DNA of 64,000 nucleotides, taken from assembly GCA_041660025.1 (NCBI GenBank), contig JBAZXD010000001.1:305851-369850 (forward strand). The letters are read 5' to 3'. Shown here piece by piece: positions 1 to 9,192 of the stretch. The number at the start of each line of letters is the position of its first letter. The stretch's first letter is position 1. The position numbers were made by a program, and so were the translations under genes. The notes under the pieces were generated by a model. That model was given only the letters and a program-made list of their open reading frames with translations, was not told the origin of the DNA and made no database searches. The DNA is from Minisyncoccota bacterium (GTDB lineage Bacteria > Patescibacteriota > Minisyncoccia > Phycocordibacterales > Phycocordibacteraceae).

Positions 1-1
1 C

Positions 2-1069
2 GTGTTCCTCATCGGCGGCGGCACCGGGATGATCGGCGACCCGAAGGAGAAAGGGGAGCGCTCGATGCTCGATGAAAAGACCGTAGCGGCTAACACGCGC
101 GCACTACAGAAACAATTGAAGAGCCTGCTCGGCCGAATCTCGTTCCGCATGGTTGATAACGCCGAGTGGCTCGCGAAAGAACGTTTGCTGCCGTTCTTAC
201 GCGACGTCGGTAAATATTTCACCGTCAATGACCTTATCAAGCGCGAGATAATCAAGAAGCGCATCGACACGCCCGACGAGAGCATCTCCTATGCCGAATT
301 TTCATATTCGCTCCTCCAGGGATTCGACTACCTCACGCTCCACGAGAAATACGGATGCGACCTCCAGATAGGCGGCTCCGACCAGTGGACGAACGTGCTC
401 TCCGGCGTCGACCTCATCCACAAGCGCCTCGGGAAAGAGGTGTATGCATTCGCTTTCCCGCTCACTACCGACGCTTCGGGCAAGAAGTTCGGCAAGAGCG
501 AGGGGAACGCGATCTGGCTCGACGCGAAGAAGACCTCGCCCTTCCGCTTCTACCAGTTCTGGATTAACCTCCCCGACGAGAACATCGAACACTACCTGAA
601 GGTCTACACCTTCCTCCCTCCCGCCGAGATTAACGCGCTCTTAGAGCTCCACCGCAGGACCCCCGGCGAGCGCCAGGCGCAGGAGACGCTCGCGCGGCTC
701 GTGACCGAGATAGTCCACGGCCCTGCCGCCACCGCACAGGCGGCCGCTACCTCCGACGCGCTTTTCGGCGATACTCCCTTCAACGAACTCTCGCGCGAGG
801 CGCTCCAGGTCGCGCTTTCTGAGGCCCCTTCGGTCGCGTTCAAGAAGCGCGACCTCGAGTCCGGTGCTTCGCTCGCCGAGGCGCTCGTTACGGGCGGTCT
901 CGCCTCGTCTAAGTCGGACGCGCGCCGTCTCATTCTCGGGAAGGGCATCACGCTCTCCGGTCAGACCATCGAGAACCCCGACCAAGAAATCCATCCCGGC
1001 GACCTCCCGAACGGCTACGCGCTCGTGCGTAAGGGCAAGCAGGGCGTCCTCATCCTCGTTTTGAAATAA
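2..1069 (+). CDS. tyrS: Tyrosyl-tRNA synthetase (5' truncated by window edge)
   Basis: GGGTGMIGDP, QIGGSDQW, KFGKSEGNAIWL, C-terminal S4-like domain. Confidence 0.97.
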   Translation: MFLIGGGTGMIGDPKEKGERSMLDEKTVAANTRALQKQLKSLLGRISFRMVDNAEWLAKERLLPFLRDVGKYFTVNDLIKREIIKKRIDTPDESISYAEFSYSLLQGFDYLTLHEKYGCDLQIGGSDQWTNVLSGVDLIHKRLGKEVYAFAFPLTTDASGKKFGKSEGNAIWLDAKKTSPFRFYQFWINLPDENIEHYLKVYTFLPPAEINALLELHRRTPGERQAQETLARLVTEIVHGPAATAQAAATSDALFGDTPFNELSREALQVALSEAPSVAFKKRDLESGASLAEALVTGGLASSKSDARRLILGKGITLSGQTIENPDQEIHPGDLPNGYALVRKGKQGVLILVLK

Positions 1070-1079
1070 CCAGTGCGTT

Positions 1080-1607
1080 ATGAAGCAATTTTTACTCCTT
1101 GTAGACGGCATGTCTGGTGGGGGAAAGACTACGGTCACACGATTATTGGCAGATAAATTGCCCCGGACAGCGACTGTCGGTTTCGATAAAATTAAGAAGT
1201 TTGTTTCAGACTTTGAGAGAGGCGCCCGAGACAACCAGATAGCCAGAGAAGTAACTACAGTTATGGTGCAGAAATATTTAGACCTTGGATTGTCAGTGAT
1301 GATCGAGCAACCATTCAGGAACGAAGAAGAGATAGACTTTTATACCAGAGTTGCAGAGGAGCGACACATACCCCTTCATAAGTTTCAATTACACGCCGAC
1401 CCCGCTGTTGCTCTTCAGAGAGTTGTGGCAAGGACAAAAGAAAATAACGGCGACCTTCCTGAAGAACGGGCTCGGCATAACATTTCTTTATTTCAACCAA
1501 GAGGGCACCTGGGCTTCAAAGTTATTGATACGACGAATGCAAAACCCGAAGACATCGCGGAAATTATCTTGAACGAAATCACCAGTGGTGACACTACTTT
1601 GAAATAA
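1080..1607 (+). CDS. P-loop NTPase / small-molecule kinase (AAA_33-like)
   Basis: Walker A GMSGGGKT at the N-terminus; AT-richer than neighbours. Confidence 0.75.
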   Translation: MKQFLLLVDGMSGGGKTTVTRLLADKLPRTATVGFDKIKKFVSDFERGARDNQIAREVTTVMVQKYLDLGLSVMIEQPFRNEEEIDFYTRVAEERHIPLHKFQLHADPAVALQRVVARTKENNGDLPEERARHNISLFQPRGHLGFKVIDTTNAKPEDIAEIILNEITSGDTTLK

Positions 1608-1636
1608 AGGTCGCAATCGGCTATAGTTATCGCATT

Positions 1637-1720
1637 GCGTCGGTGGCGGAGTGGTCAATCGCAACAGGCTGTAAACCTGTCGGGCATAGCCCTACGAAGG
1701 TTCGAATCCTTCCCGGCGCA
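1637..1720 (+). tRNA. tRNA-Tyr(GTA), long variable arm, no CCA directly encoded
   Basis: Acceptor GCGTCGG/CCGGCGC, anticodon arm ACAGG-CTGTAAA-CCTGT, T arm GAAGG-TTCGAAT-CCTTC. Confidence 0.96.
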
Positions 1721-1878
1721 CAGATTGAGCAAAGCGAAATATGTGCGCCGGAGCACGCCTGGGAGGCGTGTGTGAAGGATTCGAAGACCTTGCGAGCATC
1801 CGCGCTTTGGCGGATCCGCAAGGTGTACTGAAACTGTAAGTTTCGAAAAGCGTACTCGCGGTCCTTCCCGGCGCACCA
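1707..1878 (+). repeat. 15-bp direct repeat of the tRNA-Tyr 3' end (1707-1721, 1862-1876) bracketing a structured insert
   Basis: TCCTTCCCGGCGCAC occurs twice; second copy continues to CCA; an interrupted inverted copy lies at 1742-1785. Confidence 0.9.
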
Positions 1879-1896
1879 TGCATATTTAAATTAAAT

Positions 1897-1920
1897 AAGG
1901 CCAGCGATTCTGCTGGCCTT
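1897..1920. terminator. Hairpin terminator between tRNA region and convergent ORF
   Basis: AAGGCCAGC-GATTCT-GCTGGCCTT in AT-rich context. Confidence 0.7.
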
Positions 1921-1955
1921 ATAAATAATCAATAAATCACGAGAATTTATTTGGT

Positions 1956-2300
1956 CTACAATCTTCCGCAACCACCACCAGTATTACCGATTTTTCTTGA
2001 TGTTTTTTTGACCCATAAATATCTTCTATTGTCCGGAACCACGAAGGAAACGTGCTTTCCTTCACTATACTCGACTTCAGTAACACAATGTCTCGCACTG
2101 CCTTCAACTTGTTCAACACTCCATCCTGAAAACCAGGGTGGTTTTGAGTCCTCCCAACGTTCCTCAGAGTCTGTGACCGTCTCTCTGGTGTCCCATTCCT
2201 TCCATGCCGCACAGTCTGAGGTACAGCACTTGCCGGAATCATCACCTACCCCAAAGGGGCATTTCTTCTGAGACCAATGGCGGCGGGCTTGTTCGGACAT
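1956..2300 (-). CDS. Hypothetical protein
   Basis: AAGGAG SD upstream; TTGACA (2426-2421)/TATTGT (2404-2399) promoter; convergent terminator. Confidence 0.6.
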   Translation of the reverse strand: MSEQARRHWSQKKCPFGVGDDSGKCCTSDCAAWKEWDTRETVTDSEERWEDSKPPWFSGWSVEQVEGSARHCVTEVEYSEGKHVSFVVPDNRRYLWVKKTSRKIGNTGGGCGRL

Positions 2301-2586
2301 GATTTTACTCCTTCGAAAGAACGGCGGACCTGTTTAGGAATTGAGTCGGTCAAATGCTTGGCAGTGGGATAGAAAATTCTCTTTCCACCTCCGCTCAAAC
2401 AATAACACCGTAGATTTATTTGTCAAAACCTTTGTTATCCACAATCAGTTCCCGAGACAGATTTTTGGTAAGGAATAAGATACGCTTGTGTAATTCGTAA
2501 ACGTGTGGTATTACAGTCGGTGGATGCGGCTTTACCGTGACTCTGTTTCCTTGTAAAACTCACACAAACGAAAAAGGAGAATACCG

Positions 2587-3621
2587 ATGAAAGCACTTCG
2601 TACAAGCGCGGTTCTCACTGCGTGCATTATTACGATTATGTTCAGCGGACGCATCGCGTTCGGCCAAGATGAGTCGCTGAGCAGTCGGATAGACTCTGCC
2701 TCGACTTCAGCCGAGGAGCAACGGCAAAAGAAAGAAGCGGCGATACCTCGCTGTGATGCTCCGGTCGGCTCGGTAACCATCGCCATGCCGGAACGCAACT
2801 GGTGGCAGCAATATCAGCTGCAATCGCCGGACGCGCTTATCAAGATGTACGTCGCCAAGTCCGGATGCTTTACGCTCGTTGACCGCGGCCGCGGTTTCGC
2901 CATCGCTGAACGCGAACGCGCGCTCGCAAGCGGCGGCAATCTACGGCAAGGATCGAATATCGGCGGCGGACAAATGAAGGCTGCTGATTTCGTCATTACC
3001 CCCGACATCGTAGTGAATAACAACAACTCCGGCGGCAGTGCGATCGGTGCGATCCTTGGGGCCTTTCTACCCGGACCTATCGGGATGATCGCAGGCCAAG
3101 TAAGGATCTCCGACAAGTCGGCTGACGTCACCCTCGCGGTAACGGATGTCCGCAGTTCGGAACAAGTCGTCCTCGCAGAAGGGCAAGCCACGAAGACTGA
3201 TGTCGGGTTCGGCGTTGCCGGTGGCGCGTTCATGGGCGGCGGTTTCGGCGCTGCAGGTGTAGGAAGCTACGCAAACACAGCACTCGGACAAGTGGTTGCG
3301 CTGGCCTACCTCGACGCCTACACGAAGATGGTCGCGAAGATACAAGTTCTCCGGCCGGCCGATGTGGTCGCCGTCGAACCTCCGTCTGCGGTCCAGGCTC
3401 CTCCGCCGCCTCTGGTTACGGCGGAACCGCGAGGAAAGCCTGTCGCAGTGGCGAAGGCAGGTTATCTCTACGATGGCCCTTCGGCAGAGAACCCCTCCAT
3501 CCGCAGTCTGTCTCCCGGTACCATCCTGTACTCGACATCCAAGAAATCGGGTGCGTGGGTGGAAGTAACGGACGACACCGGCAGGAAAGGATGGGTTTTC
3601 GGGAAGCTGCTCTTTCAGTGA
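2587..3621 (+). CDS. CsgG/HfaB-family protein with Pro-rich linker and C-terminal SH3-like domain
   Basis: Signal peptide; SGCFTLVDRG..ERERAL..GGGQMKAADF pattern; C-terminal WVEVTDDTGRKGWV; AGGAG SD. Confidence 0.75.
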   Translation: MKALRTSAVLTACIITIMFSGRIAFGQDESLSSRIDSASTSAEEQRQKKEAAIPRCDAPVGSVTIAMPERNWWQQYQLQSPDALIKMYVAKSGCFTLVDRGRGFAIAERERALASGGNLRQGSNIGGGQMKAADFVITPDIVVNNNNSGGSAIGAILGAFLPGPIGMIAGQVRISDKSADVTLAVTDVRSSEQVVLAEGQATKTDVGFGVAGGAFMGGGFGAAGVGSYANTALGQVVALAYLDAYTKMVAKIQVLRPADVVAVEPPSAVQAPPPPLVTAEPRGKPVAVAKAGYLYDGPSAENPSIRSLSPGTILYSTSKKSGAWVEVTDDTGRKGWVFGKLLFQ

Positions 3622-3632
3622 TCGCCCCCTCT

Positions 3633-3672
3633 ACAGGCCTCGGACAACAGTGTTGTTCCGAGGCTGTTTTTT
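3633..3672 (+). terminator. Rho-independent terminator
   Basis: GCCTCGGA..TCCGAGGC stem followed by T-tract. Confidence 0.7.
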
Positions 3673-3696
3673 ATTCGATATGCTATCGTATTCGGT

Positions 3697-4656
3697 ATGG
3701 CAGACAATAAACCCGTTCTTGTCTCCGGCGTGAAGCCGACCGGCGACCTGCATATCGGCAACTATTTCGGCGCGATGCGCCAGTTCGTCGAGCTGGCAAA
3801 AGGCGGGAAGTATCGCCCCTTCATCTTCGTCGCCGACTACCACGCGCTGAACTCGATGCAGGATGCCGAGGAGATGAAACGGCGCACTCGCGAGATAGTG
3901 ATGGCGTATCTCGCTGTCGGCCTCGACCCAAAGGAGATCACCTTTTTCAAACAATCAGACGTACCTGCGCACACCGAGCTTTGTTGGATTTTCGATACTA
4001 TCACCACGATGCCGTACTTGATGCGCGCCCACGCCTTCAAAGACGCGGAGGCGAAGAATAAAGAAATCAACGTCGGGACCTTCAACTACCCGATGCTGAT
4101 GGCGGCCGACATACTCCTCTACGACGCCGCGGTCGTGCCGGTCGGTGCCGACCAGAAACAGCATATCGAGATAGCGCGCGACACGGCAGAGAAATTCAAC
4201 CGTACGTTCAAGACGAGCGTCTTCACGCTCCCCGAGCCATACATTCTGCCAGACGTCGCGGTCGTTCCTGGCACCGACGGACAGAAGATGAGCAAGAGCT
4301 ATGGGAATGTCATCCCGCTCTTCGGTACGCGCGACGAGCTCGCAAAAGCCGTGATGGGCATCGTCACCGATTCAAGCGGAGAGCGTCCCGAAAACGTGTA
4401 CCGGATACACCGACTCTTCAGAAGCGAGGTGAATCTCAATGCGCTCTACGACGAGCATCGCGGCAATTATAAAGCGCTGAAAGAAACGCTCATCGAAGAC
4501 CTGGACCGCTACCTCGCGCCGATGCGCGCGAAGTATGAAGAGCTCAAAGAAGATTCCGGCATCGTGGACGAAGTTTTGGAGAACGGGAAGCGCGAAGCGC
4601 GTTTCGTCAGCGAGGGCAAGATGGAACAGGTCCGCAAGGCTATTGGTGTAGCATAA
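3697..4656 (+). CDS. trpS: Tryptophanyl-tRNA synthetase
   Basis: HIGN, YPMLMAADILLY, VGADQKQH, KMSKS. Confidence 0.97.
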   Translation: MADNKPVLVSGVKPTGDLHIGNYFGAMRQFVELAKGGKYRPFIFVADYHALNSMQDAEEMKRRTREIVMAYLAVGLDPKEITFFKQSDVPAHTELCWIFDTITTMPYLMRAHAFKDAEAKNKEINVGTFNYPMLMAADILLYDAAVVPVGADQKQHIEIARDTAEKFNRTFKTSVFTLPEPYILPDVAVVPGTDGQKMSKSYGNVIPLFGTRDELAKAVMGIVTDSSGERPENVYRIHRLFRSEVNLNALYDEHRGNYKALKETLIEDLDRYLAPMRAKYEELKEDSGIVDEVLENGKREARFVSEGKMEQVRKAIGVA

Positions 4657-4660
4657 AGGT

Positions 4661-6013
4661 ATGGAACGAACACTTATCGGAGAGCTGGGGAATCATATCG
4701 GAAAAACGGTCCTGATTTCAGGCTGGGTGGATGTTCGACGGGACCACGGCAAGCTCGTCTTCCTCGATATTCGCGACCGCTCAGGGAAGGTGCAGAGCGT
4801 CTGTCTGCCGAATCATCCCGAGGTCGTCGCTACTGCACAAACCTTGCGCCCCGAATGGGTCGTGCAGGTCGGAGGCGTCGTGAACGAGCGCCCCGAGAAG
4901 ATGCGTACTGAGGGAGTGAACGGGAACGTTGAGCTCGAAGCGACCGCTATCACTGTCCTTGCCGAGGCGCAGGAACTGCCGTTTCCGAAGGATACCGAGG
5001 TCAATTTGGACACCTATCTTGATAACCTCCCGCTCACGCTCAGAAGCGAGCGTGCTCGCGCGATATTCAAAGTGCAGGCCGAGATCGCGCGCGCCTACCG
5101 CGCCTTCCTCGATGCGGAGGGCTTCACCGAGTTCCAGGCGCCGAAGCTCATCGGCGACGACGCCGAGGGCGGAGCAAATGTCTTCTCCGTGCCGTATTTT
5201 AATGACAAGGTCGCTCACCTCGGCACCTCGCCGCAGTTCTATAAGCAGATTATGGTGGGCGTTCTCGAGCGCGTCTACGCTATTGGGAACGTCTATCGCG
5301 CCGAGAAGCACTCCACCACTCGGCACCTGAACGAGTACACCTCGATGGATATGGAGATGGGCTTCATCAGCGACCATCGCGACATTATGGCCATCGAGAC
5401 ACGGCTTATGCATGCACTTATCACGCATCTGCAGAAGACCTGCGCGCAAGAATTTAAGACGCTCGGCGCAACACTGCCGAAGGCACCGGAGGAATTCCCG
5501 ACGATGAAACTTCGCGATGCACTCGAACTCATTTTCAAAGAGACCGGGCGCGATAACCGCAACGAACCCGACCTCGAGCCCGAGGATGAGCGTTGGCTCT
5601 CGGAATGGGCGCTCAAGGAGCATCAAAGTGATTTCCTATTCGTCACGCACTACCCGGTAGCGAAACGGCCGATGTATACCTTTGAAGACCCTGACGATGT
5701 CGGGTACACGCGGAGCTTCGACCTCCTTTTCCGCGGGGTCGAGATAACCACCGGCGGTCAGCGTCGCCACGACTACAACAATCTCGTCGAGGGCATCAAG
5801 GCGAAGGGGCTCGACCCGGAAAAATTCTCGTACTACCTCCAAGCGTTCAAATATGGTATGCCGCCGCACGGCGGATGGGGGATGGGACTCGAGCGCCTCA
5901 CCCAGAAGATGCTCGGGCTCGCGAATGTGAAGGAGGCAACTCTCTTCCCGCGCGATATCAACCGCATCGACCAGCTCCTTTCGGCGCATACCGCCGACAT
6001 TGTCGAGGATTAA
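4661..6013 (+). CDS. aspS: Aspartyl-tRNA synthetase, short archaeal/non-discriminating type
   Basis: OB-fold N-terminus, AEGGANVF, SPQFYKQ, YRAEKHSTTRHLNE, GMPPHGGWGMGLERL; no GAD insertion (450 aa). Confidence 0.9.
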   Translation: MERTLIGELGNHIGKTVLISGWVDVRRDHGKLVFLDIRDRSGKVQSVCLPNHPEVVATAQTLRPEWVVQVGGVVNERPEKMRTEGVNGNVELEATAITVLAEAQELPFPKDTEVNLDTYLDNLPLTLRSERARAIFKVQAEIARAYRAFLDAEGFTEFQAPKLIGDDAEGGANVFSVPYFNDKVAHLGTSPQFYKQIMVGVLERVYAIGNVYRAEKHSTTRHLNEYTSMDMEMGFISDHRDIMAIETRLMHALITHLQKTCAQEFKTLGATLPKAPEEFPTMKLRDALELIFKETGRDNRNEPDLEPEDERWLSEWALKEHQSDFLFVTHYPVAKRPMYTFEDPDDVGYTRSFDLLFRGVEITTGGQRRHDYNNLVEGIKAKGLDPEKFSYYLQAFKYGMPPHGGWGMGLERLTQKMLGLANVKEATLFPRDINRIDQLLSAHTADIVED

Positions 6014-6016
6014 CCA

Positions 6017-7444
6017 ATGAACATCGTTTCGAAAAAAGGGAATATCGAGAGCGCGCCGAAGGGGTACGTGCGCGTCAGCATCACCGAAAAATCGAAAGGT
6101 ACGAAACGTCTCGTGAAGGAAGGTGGGGTAGAGACGCTCGAGATCGGCGTGGGGAAATTCGAAGAATTGAACCGTCGGAAGTTCATTCTCCTCTGCCGCG
6201 CGATCATTCGAGCGGCACACGCAAATAAATCCAGAAAAATCGCACTGCAATTTGACCGTACGCCGAAACTATTCAAGAACCTGAAAGAGTATTCACGCGA
6301 GGAACTCGCCCAGCTTACCGCAGAAAATTTTGAAATGGCGAATTTCGAGTTCACTCATTTCAAGACGAAGCCGAAAGAGGGTTTTGATGCCGTCGAAGAG
6401 GTTTGCGTGTATGAGAAGTCCTCGGTGGGAGTTGAAAAGACGGTACAGAAAGGCCAGGAGATAGGTAAGGCCGTGAATGCCTGCCGAGTGCTCGCGAACA
6501 CCCCCGGAGGCGATATGACGCCGACCGTGCTCGCCCAAGCGGCGCGCGCTGCAGCAAAAGGCCTTCCCATAAAAGTGACGGTGCTCGGCAAAAAAGAAAT
6601 GAAGAAGCTTGGTATGGGCGCCGTACTCGGCGTTGCAAAAGGTTCGACCGAAGCGCCGACTTTTACTATCCTCGAATACAAGGGTGGAAAGGGAAGTCCC
6701 ATTGTGCTCGCGGGTAAGGGCGTCACCTTCGACAGCGGCGGACTCAACCTGAAGCCCTCGAGCAGTATTTACGAAATGCATATGGATATGTCGGGCGCCG
6801 CGTCCGTCATCCACGCGGTAGCGCTTGCTGCGCGCCTGAAGCTTAAGAAACACGTCATCGGACTTTTGCCGGCGGTAGAAAATATGCCTGGCAATAACGC
6901 GCTCCGTCCTGGCGACATCTTGAAATCCCTCTCCGGAAAGACCATCGAGGTGCTCGATACCGACGCGGAAGGCCGGCTCATCCTCGCTGACGCACTCACG
7001 TATGCGAAACGTTTTAAGCCCTCGGTCGTAATCGACGTCGCGACCTTGACCGGGGCCGCGATTTCCGCGCTTGGCCTCTACGCGAGCGCCGTCCTCACCC
7101 GCGACGATAGTCTCGCGGAACGACTCTCACGCGATGGGGAAACGTCCGGCGATTACGTCTGGAGGCTTCCGCTCTGGGACGAATATGAGACCCGAGTAAA
7201 AGGGGAATTCGCCGATATGAAAAATGTCCCGGGCGGTTCGACAAGCCGCTACGGCGGCGCGATCGACGGCGGTATGTTCCTCTGGCAATTTGCCAAGGAG
7301 CTCGACTGCCCGTGGGCGCACCTCGATATCGCGCCTCGGATGACCTCGGCGCCGGGCGACGAGCTCGCGAAGGGCGCCGCCGGTGCGCCGGTACGGCTCC
7401 TCATTCGCTTCATCGAACAATGGCCCCATACCGCAAAACGATGA
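6017..7444 (+). CDS. pepA: Leucyl aminopeptidase (M17)
   Basis: GKGVTFDSGG, DMSGAA, DTDAEGRLILAD, HLDIA. Confidence 0.93.
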   Translation: MNIVSKKGNIESAPKGYVRVSITEKSKGTKRLVKEGGVETLEIGVGKFEELNRRKFILLCRAIIRAAHANKSRKIALQFDRTPKLFKNLKEYSREELAQLTAENFEMANFEFTHFKTKPKEGFDAVEEVCVYEKSSVGVEKTVQKGQEIGKAVNACRVLANTPGGDMTPTVLAQAARAAAKGLPIKVTVLGKKEMKKLGMGAVLGVAKGSTEAPTFTILEYKGGKGSPIVLAGKGVTFDSGGLNLKPSSSIYEMHMDMSGAASVIHAVALAARLKLKKHVIGLLPAVENMPGNNALRPGDILKSLSGKTIEVLDTDAEGRLILADALTYAKRFKPSVVIDVATLTGAAISALGLYASAVLTRDDSLAERLSRDGETSGDYVWRLPLWDEYETRVKGEFADMKNVPGGSTSRYGGAIDGGMFLWQFAKELDCPWAHLDIAPRMTSAPGDELAKGAAGAPVRLLIRFIEQWPHTAKR

Positions 7445-7469
7445 CGTTTTGGCTACGGGGTAAAAAACC

Positions 7470-8192
7470 ATGCCGTTTTCTATAAAAACAGATTCATATG
7501 AGGGGCCGTTCGAGGTACTTCTCGACCTCATCGAGGCGAGGAAGCTCCTGGTCAACGATCTCGCGCTCGCGAACATCACGGAGGATTTCATCCAGCACGT
7601 GCGCGCGCAGGAGGCGTTCCCCGTCGAAGAGACCGCGAATTTCATTCAGATCGCCGCGACGCTTCTCCTCATCAAATCCAAGTCGCTCATCCCGGACCTC
7701 GCACTCTCCGAAGAAGAGAATGCGGACGTCGAGGACCTGAAGCGGCGGCTCGCCGCCTATGAGAAAGTGCGGGAGGCCGCACGCGAACTCTCGCGCATCT
7801 ACGGACGGACGGTTATGGCGAGAGAGGGAGAGCGGCCTCCCGAGGTCGTCTTCGCGCCGGCTCGCGACCTTTCGACCAGCGCGCTCGCCGAGGCGATGGC
7901 GCGCGTGCTCGCCGCGCGTGCGGCGGTCGAAGAATTGCCCGAGGCCCGTGTGAAGCCACTCATCACCATCGAAGAGATGATGGATCGGCTCGCGAAGCGT
8001 GTGCAGAGCGCGATGACGCTCTCGTTCAAGGATTTCGCCGGAGGCCAGAAGGAAAAGGTGGAGGTTATCGTCTCATTCCTCGCCTTACTCGAACTCGTAA
8101 AGCAGGGCGCCGTCGCGGCAGAGCAGTACGGCGCCTACGGCGATATCCGCATCAGCCACACCGCCGTCGCTACCGTCCCTCGGTATGGCTAG
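7470..8192 (+). CDS. scpA: Segregation and condensation protein A
   Basis: YEGPFEVLLDLI N-terminus; IVSFLALLELVKQG C-terminus. Confidence 0.92.
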   Translation: MPFSIKTDSYEGPFEVLLDLIEARKLLVNDLALANITEDFIQHVRAQEAFPVEETANFIQIAATLLLIKSKSLIPDLALSEEENADVEDLKRRLAAYEKVREAARELSRIYGRTVMAREGERPPEVVFAPARDLSTSALAEAMARVLAARAAVEELPEARVKPLITIEEMMDRLAKRVQSAMTLSFKDFAGGQKEKVEVIVSFLALLELVKQGAVAAEQYGAYGDIRISHTAVATVPRYG

Positions 8193-8565
8193 GGACTGGT
8201 GGCAGAAGGGGAGGGCGTTCGACCTCTGGTCCATCCCGCACTTCCTCTTCGGCGTCCTCACGGCGTTCTTGCCCCCGCTCACGGGCATATCGTTCCTTAC
8301 CGCGCTCGTACTGACCGTCATCTTCGCGATGCTCTGGGAGATTTACGAGAAGTTCGTTGATATTAAAGAGAAGATTCAGAACATTCTGCTCGATATCATC
8401 CTGCCGGTCGTCGCCTTCACCCTTACCTCTCTCATACTCCGCATCTATTCATTCCACTACGATAACCTCCTGGTAGTCGCGGTCGCCGTACTACTCCTCT
8501 ATACGTTCACCAACGTTTCCGGCTGGCTTGCGTACCGCCGTCGCAACCGCGACTTTATGTATTAA
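8185..8565 (+). CDS. Hypothetical membrane protein (about 4 TM)
   Basis: Hydrophobic helices, DLWSIPHFLFG and WEIYE motifs; overlaps scpA stop. Confidence 0.7.
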   Translation: MARDWWQKGRAFDLWSIPHFLFGVLTAFLPPLTGISFLTALVLTVIFAMLWEIYEKFVDIKEKIQNILLDIILPVVAFTLTSLILRIYSFHYDNLLVVAVAVLLLYTFTNVSGWLAYRRRNRDFMY

Positions 8566-8624
8566 CGGGGCATCCCCAAGCAGAGGCGTTGCGAGGGAGG
8601 AGCGCCGCGACTATACTACAGAGA

Positions 8625-9188
8625 ATGCTTACGCCGCCAGCCGCCCTGCACGCCCTCCTTTTCGCCTCCGGAGAACCAGTGGAGAAAAAACAGCTCGCGA
8701 AGCTTCTGGATATCAAGGAAACCGAGCTTGTTGTGGTACTCAAGGCGCTTACCGATTCGCTGAGAGGCAGCGGCGTCGTGCTGGTCGAGACCGATACCGA
8801 GGCGGAGCTGCGTACCGCCTCCGAAGCCTCCGTCATCGTGAAGAAACTCCGCGAGAGCGAGCTCGCGCGCGACCTCGGGAAGGCGAGCCTCGAGACTCTC
8901 GCCGTCATCGCCTACGGCGCCGGCACAACGCGCGGCGAAGTTGATTGGGTGCGCGGCGTCAATTCCTCGACCTCACTCCGCACCCTGCTTATGCGGGGAC
9001 TTATCGAGGGAAGGGAAGACGAGCGCGACAAGCGCCGCATCCGCTACAGCCTCACGACAGAGGCGCTTGCGCATCTCGGCATCGTCCGCACCGGCGATTT
9101 GCCGCGTGTCGAGGAACTCGGCGCCGCCGCGCGCGCGGTCATCGCCGAAGAAGCCGCGCACGCATCTGCGGAGGATACGTCGGCATAG
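8625..9188 (+). CDS. scpB: Segregation and condensation protein B
   Basis: ALLFASGEP, LETLAVIAY, RGVNS; ATG 7 nt after TATACT. Confidence 0.92.
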   Translation: MLTPPAALHALLFASGEPVEKKQLAKLLDIKETELVVVLKALTDSLRGSGVVLVETDTEAELRTASEASVIVKKLRESELARDLGKASLETLAVIAYGAGTTRGEVDWVRGVNSSTSLRTLLMRGLIEGREDERDKRRIRYSLTTEALAHLGIVRTGDLPRVEELGAAARAVIAEEAAHASAEDTSA

Positions 9189-9192
9189 CTAT

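Noticed and set aside
1707-1861. Group I intron in the tRNA-Tyr T-loop
   Set aside because: Only about 155 nt, no recognisable P7 core, and no register gives both a U-ending 5' exon and a terminal G; the tRNA is already complete without splicing
2435-2443. Perfect DnaA box TTATCCACA (near matches at about 34198 and 43628) as a possible oriC
   Set aside because: Isolated single boxes with no cluster, and no dnaA in the window
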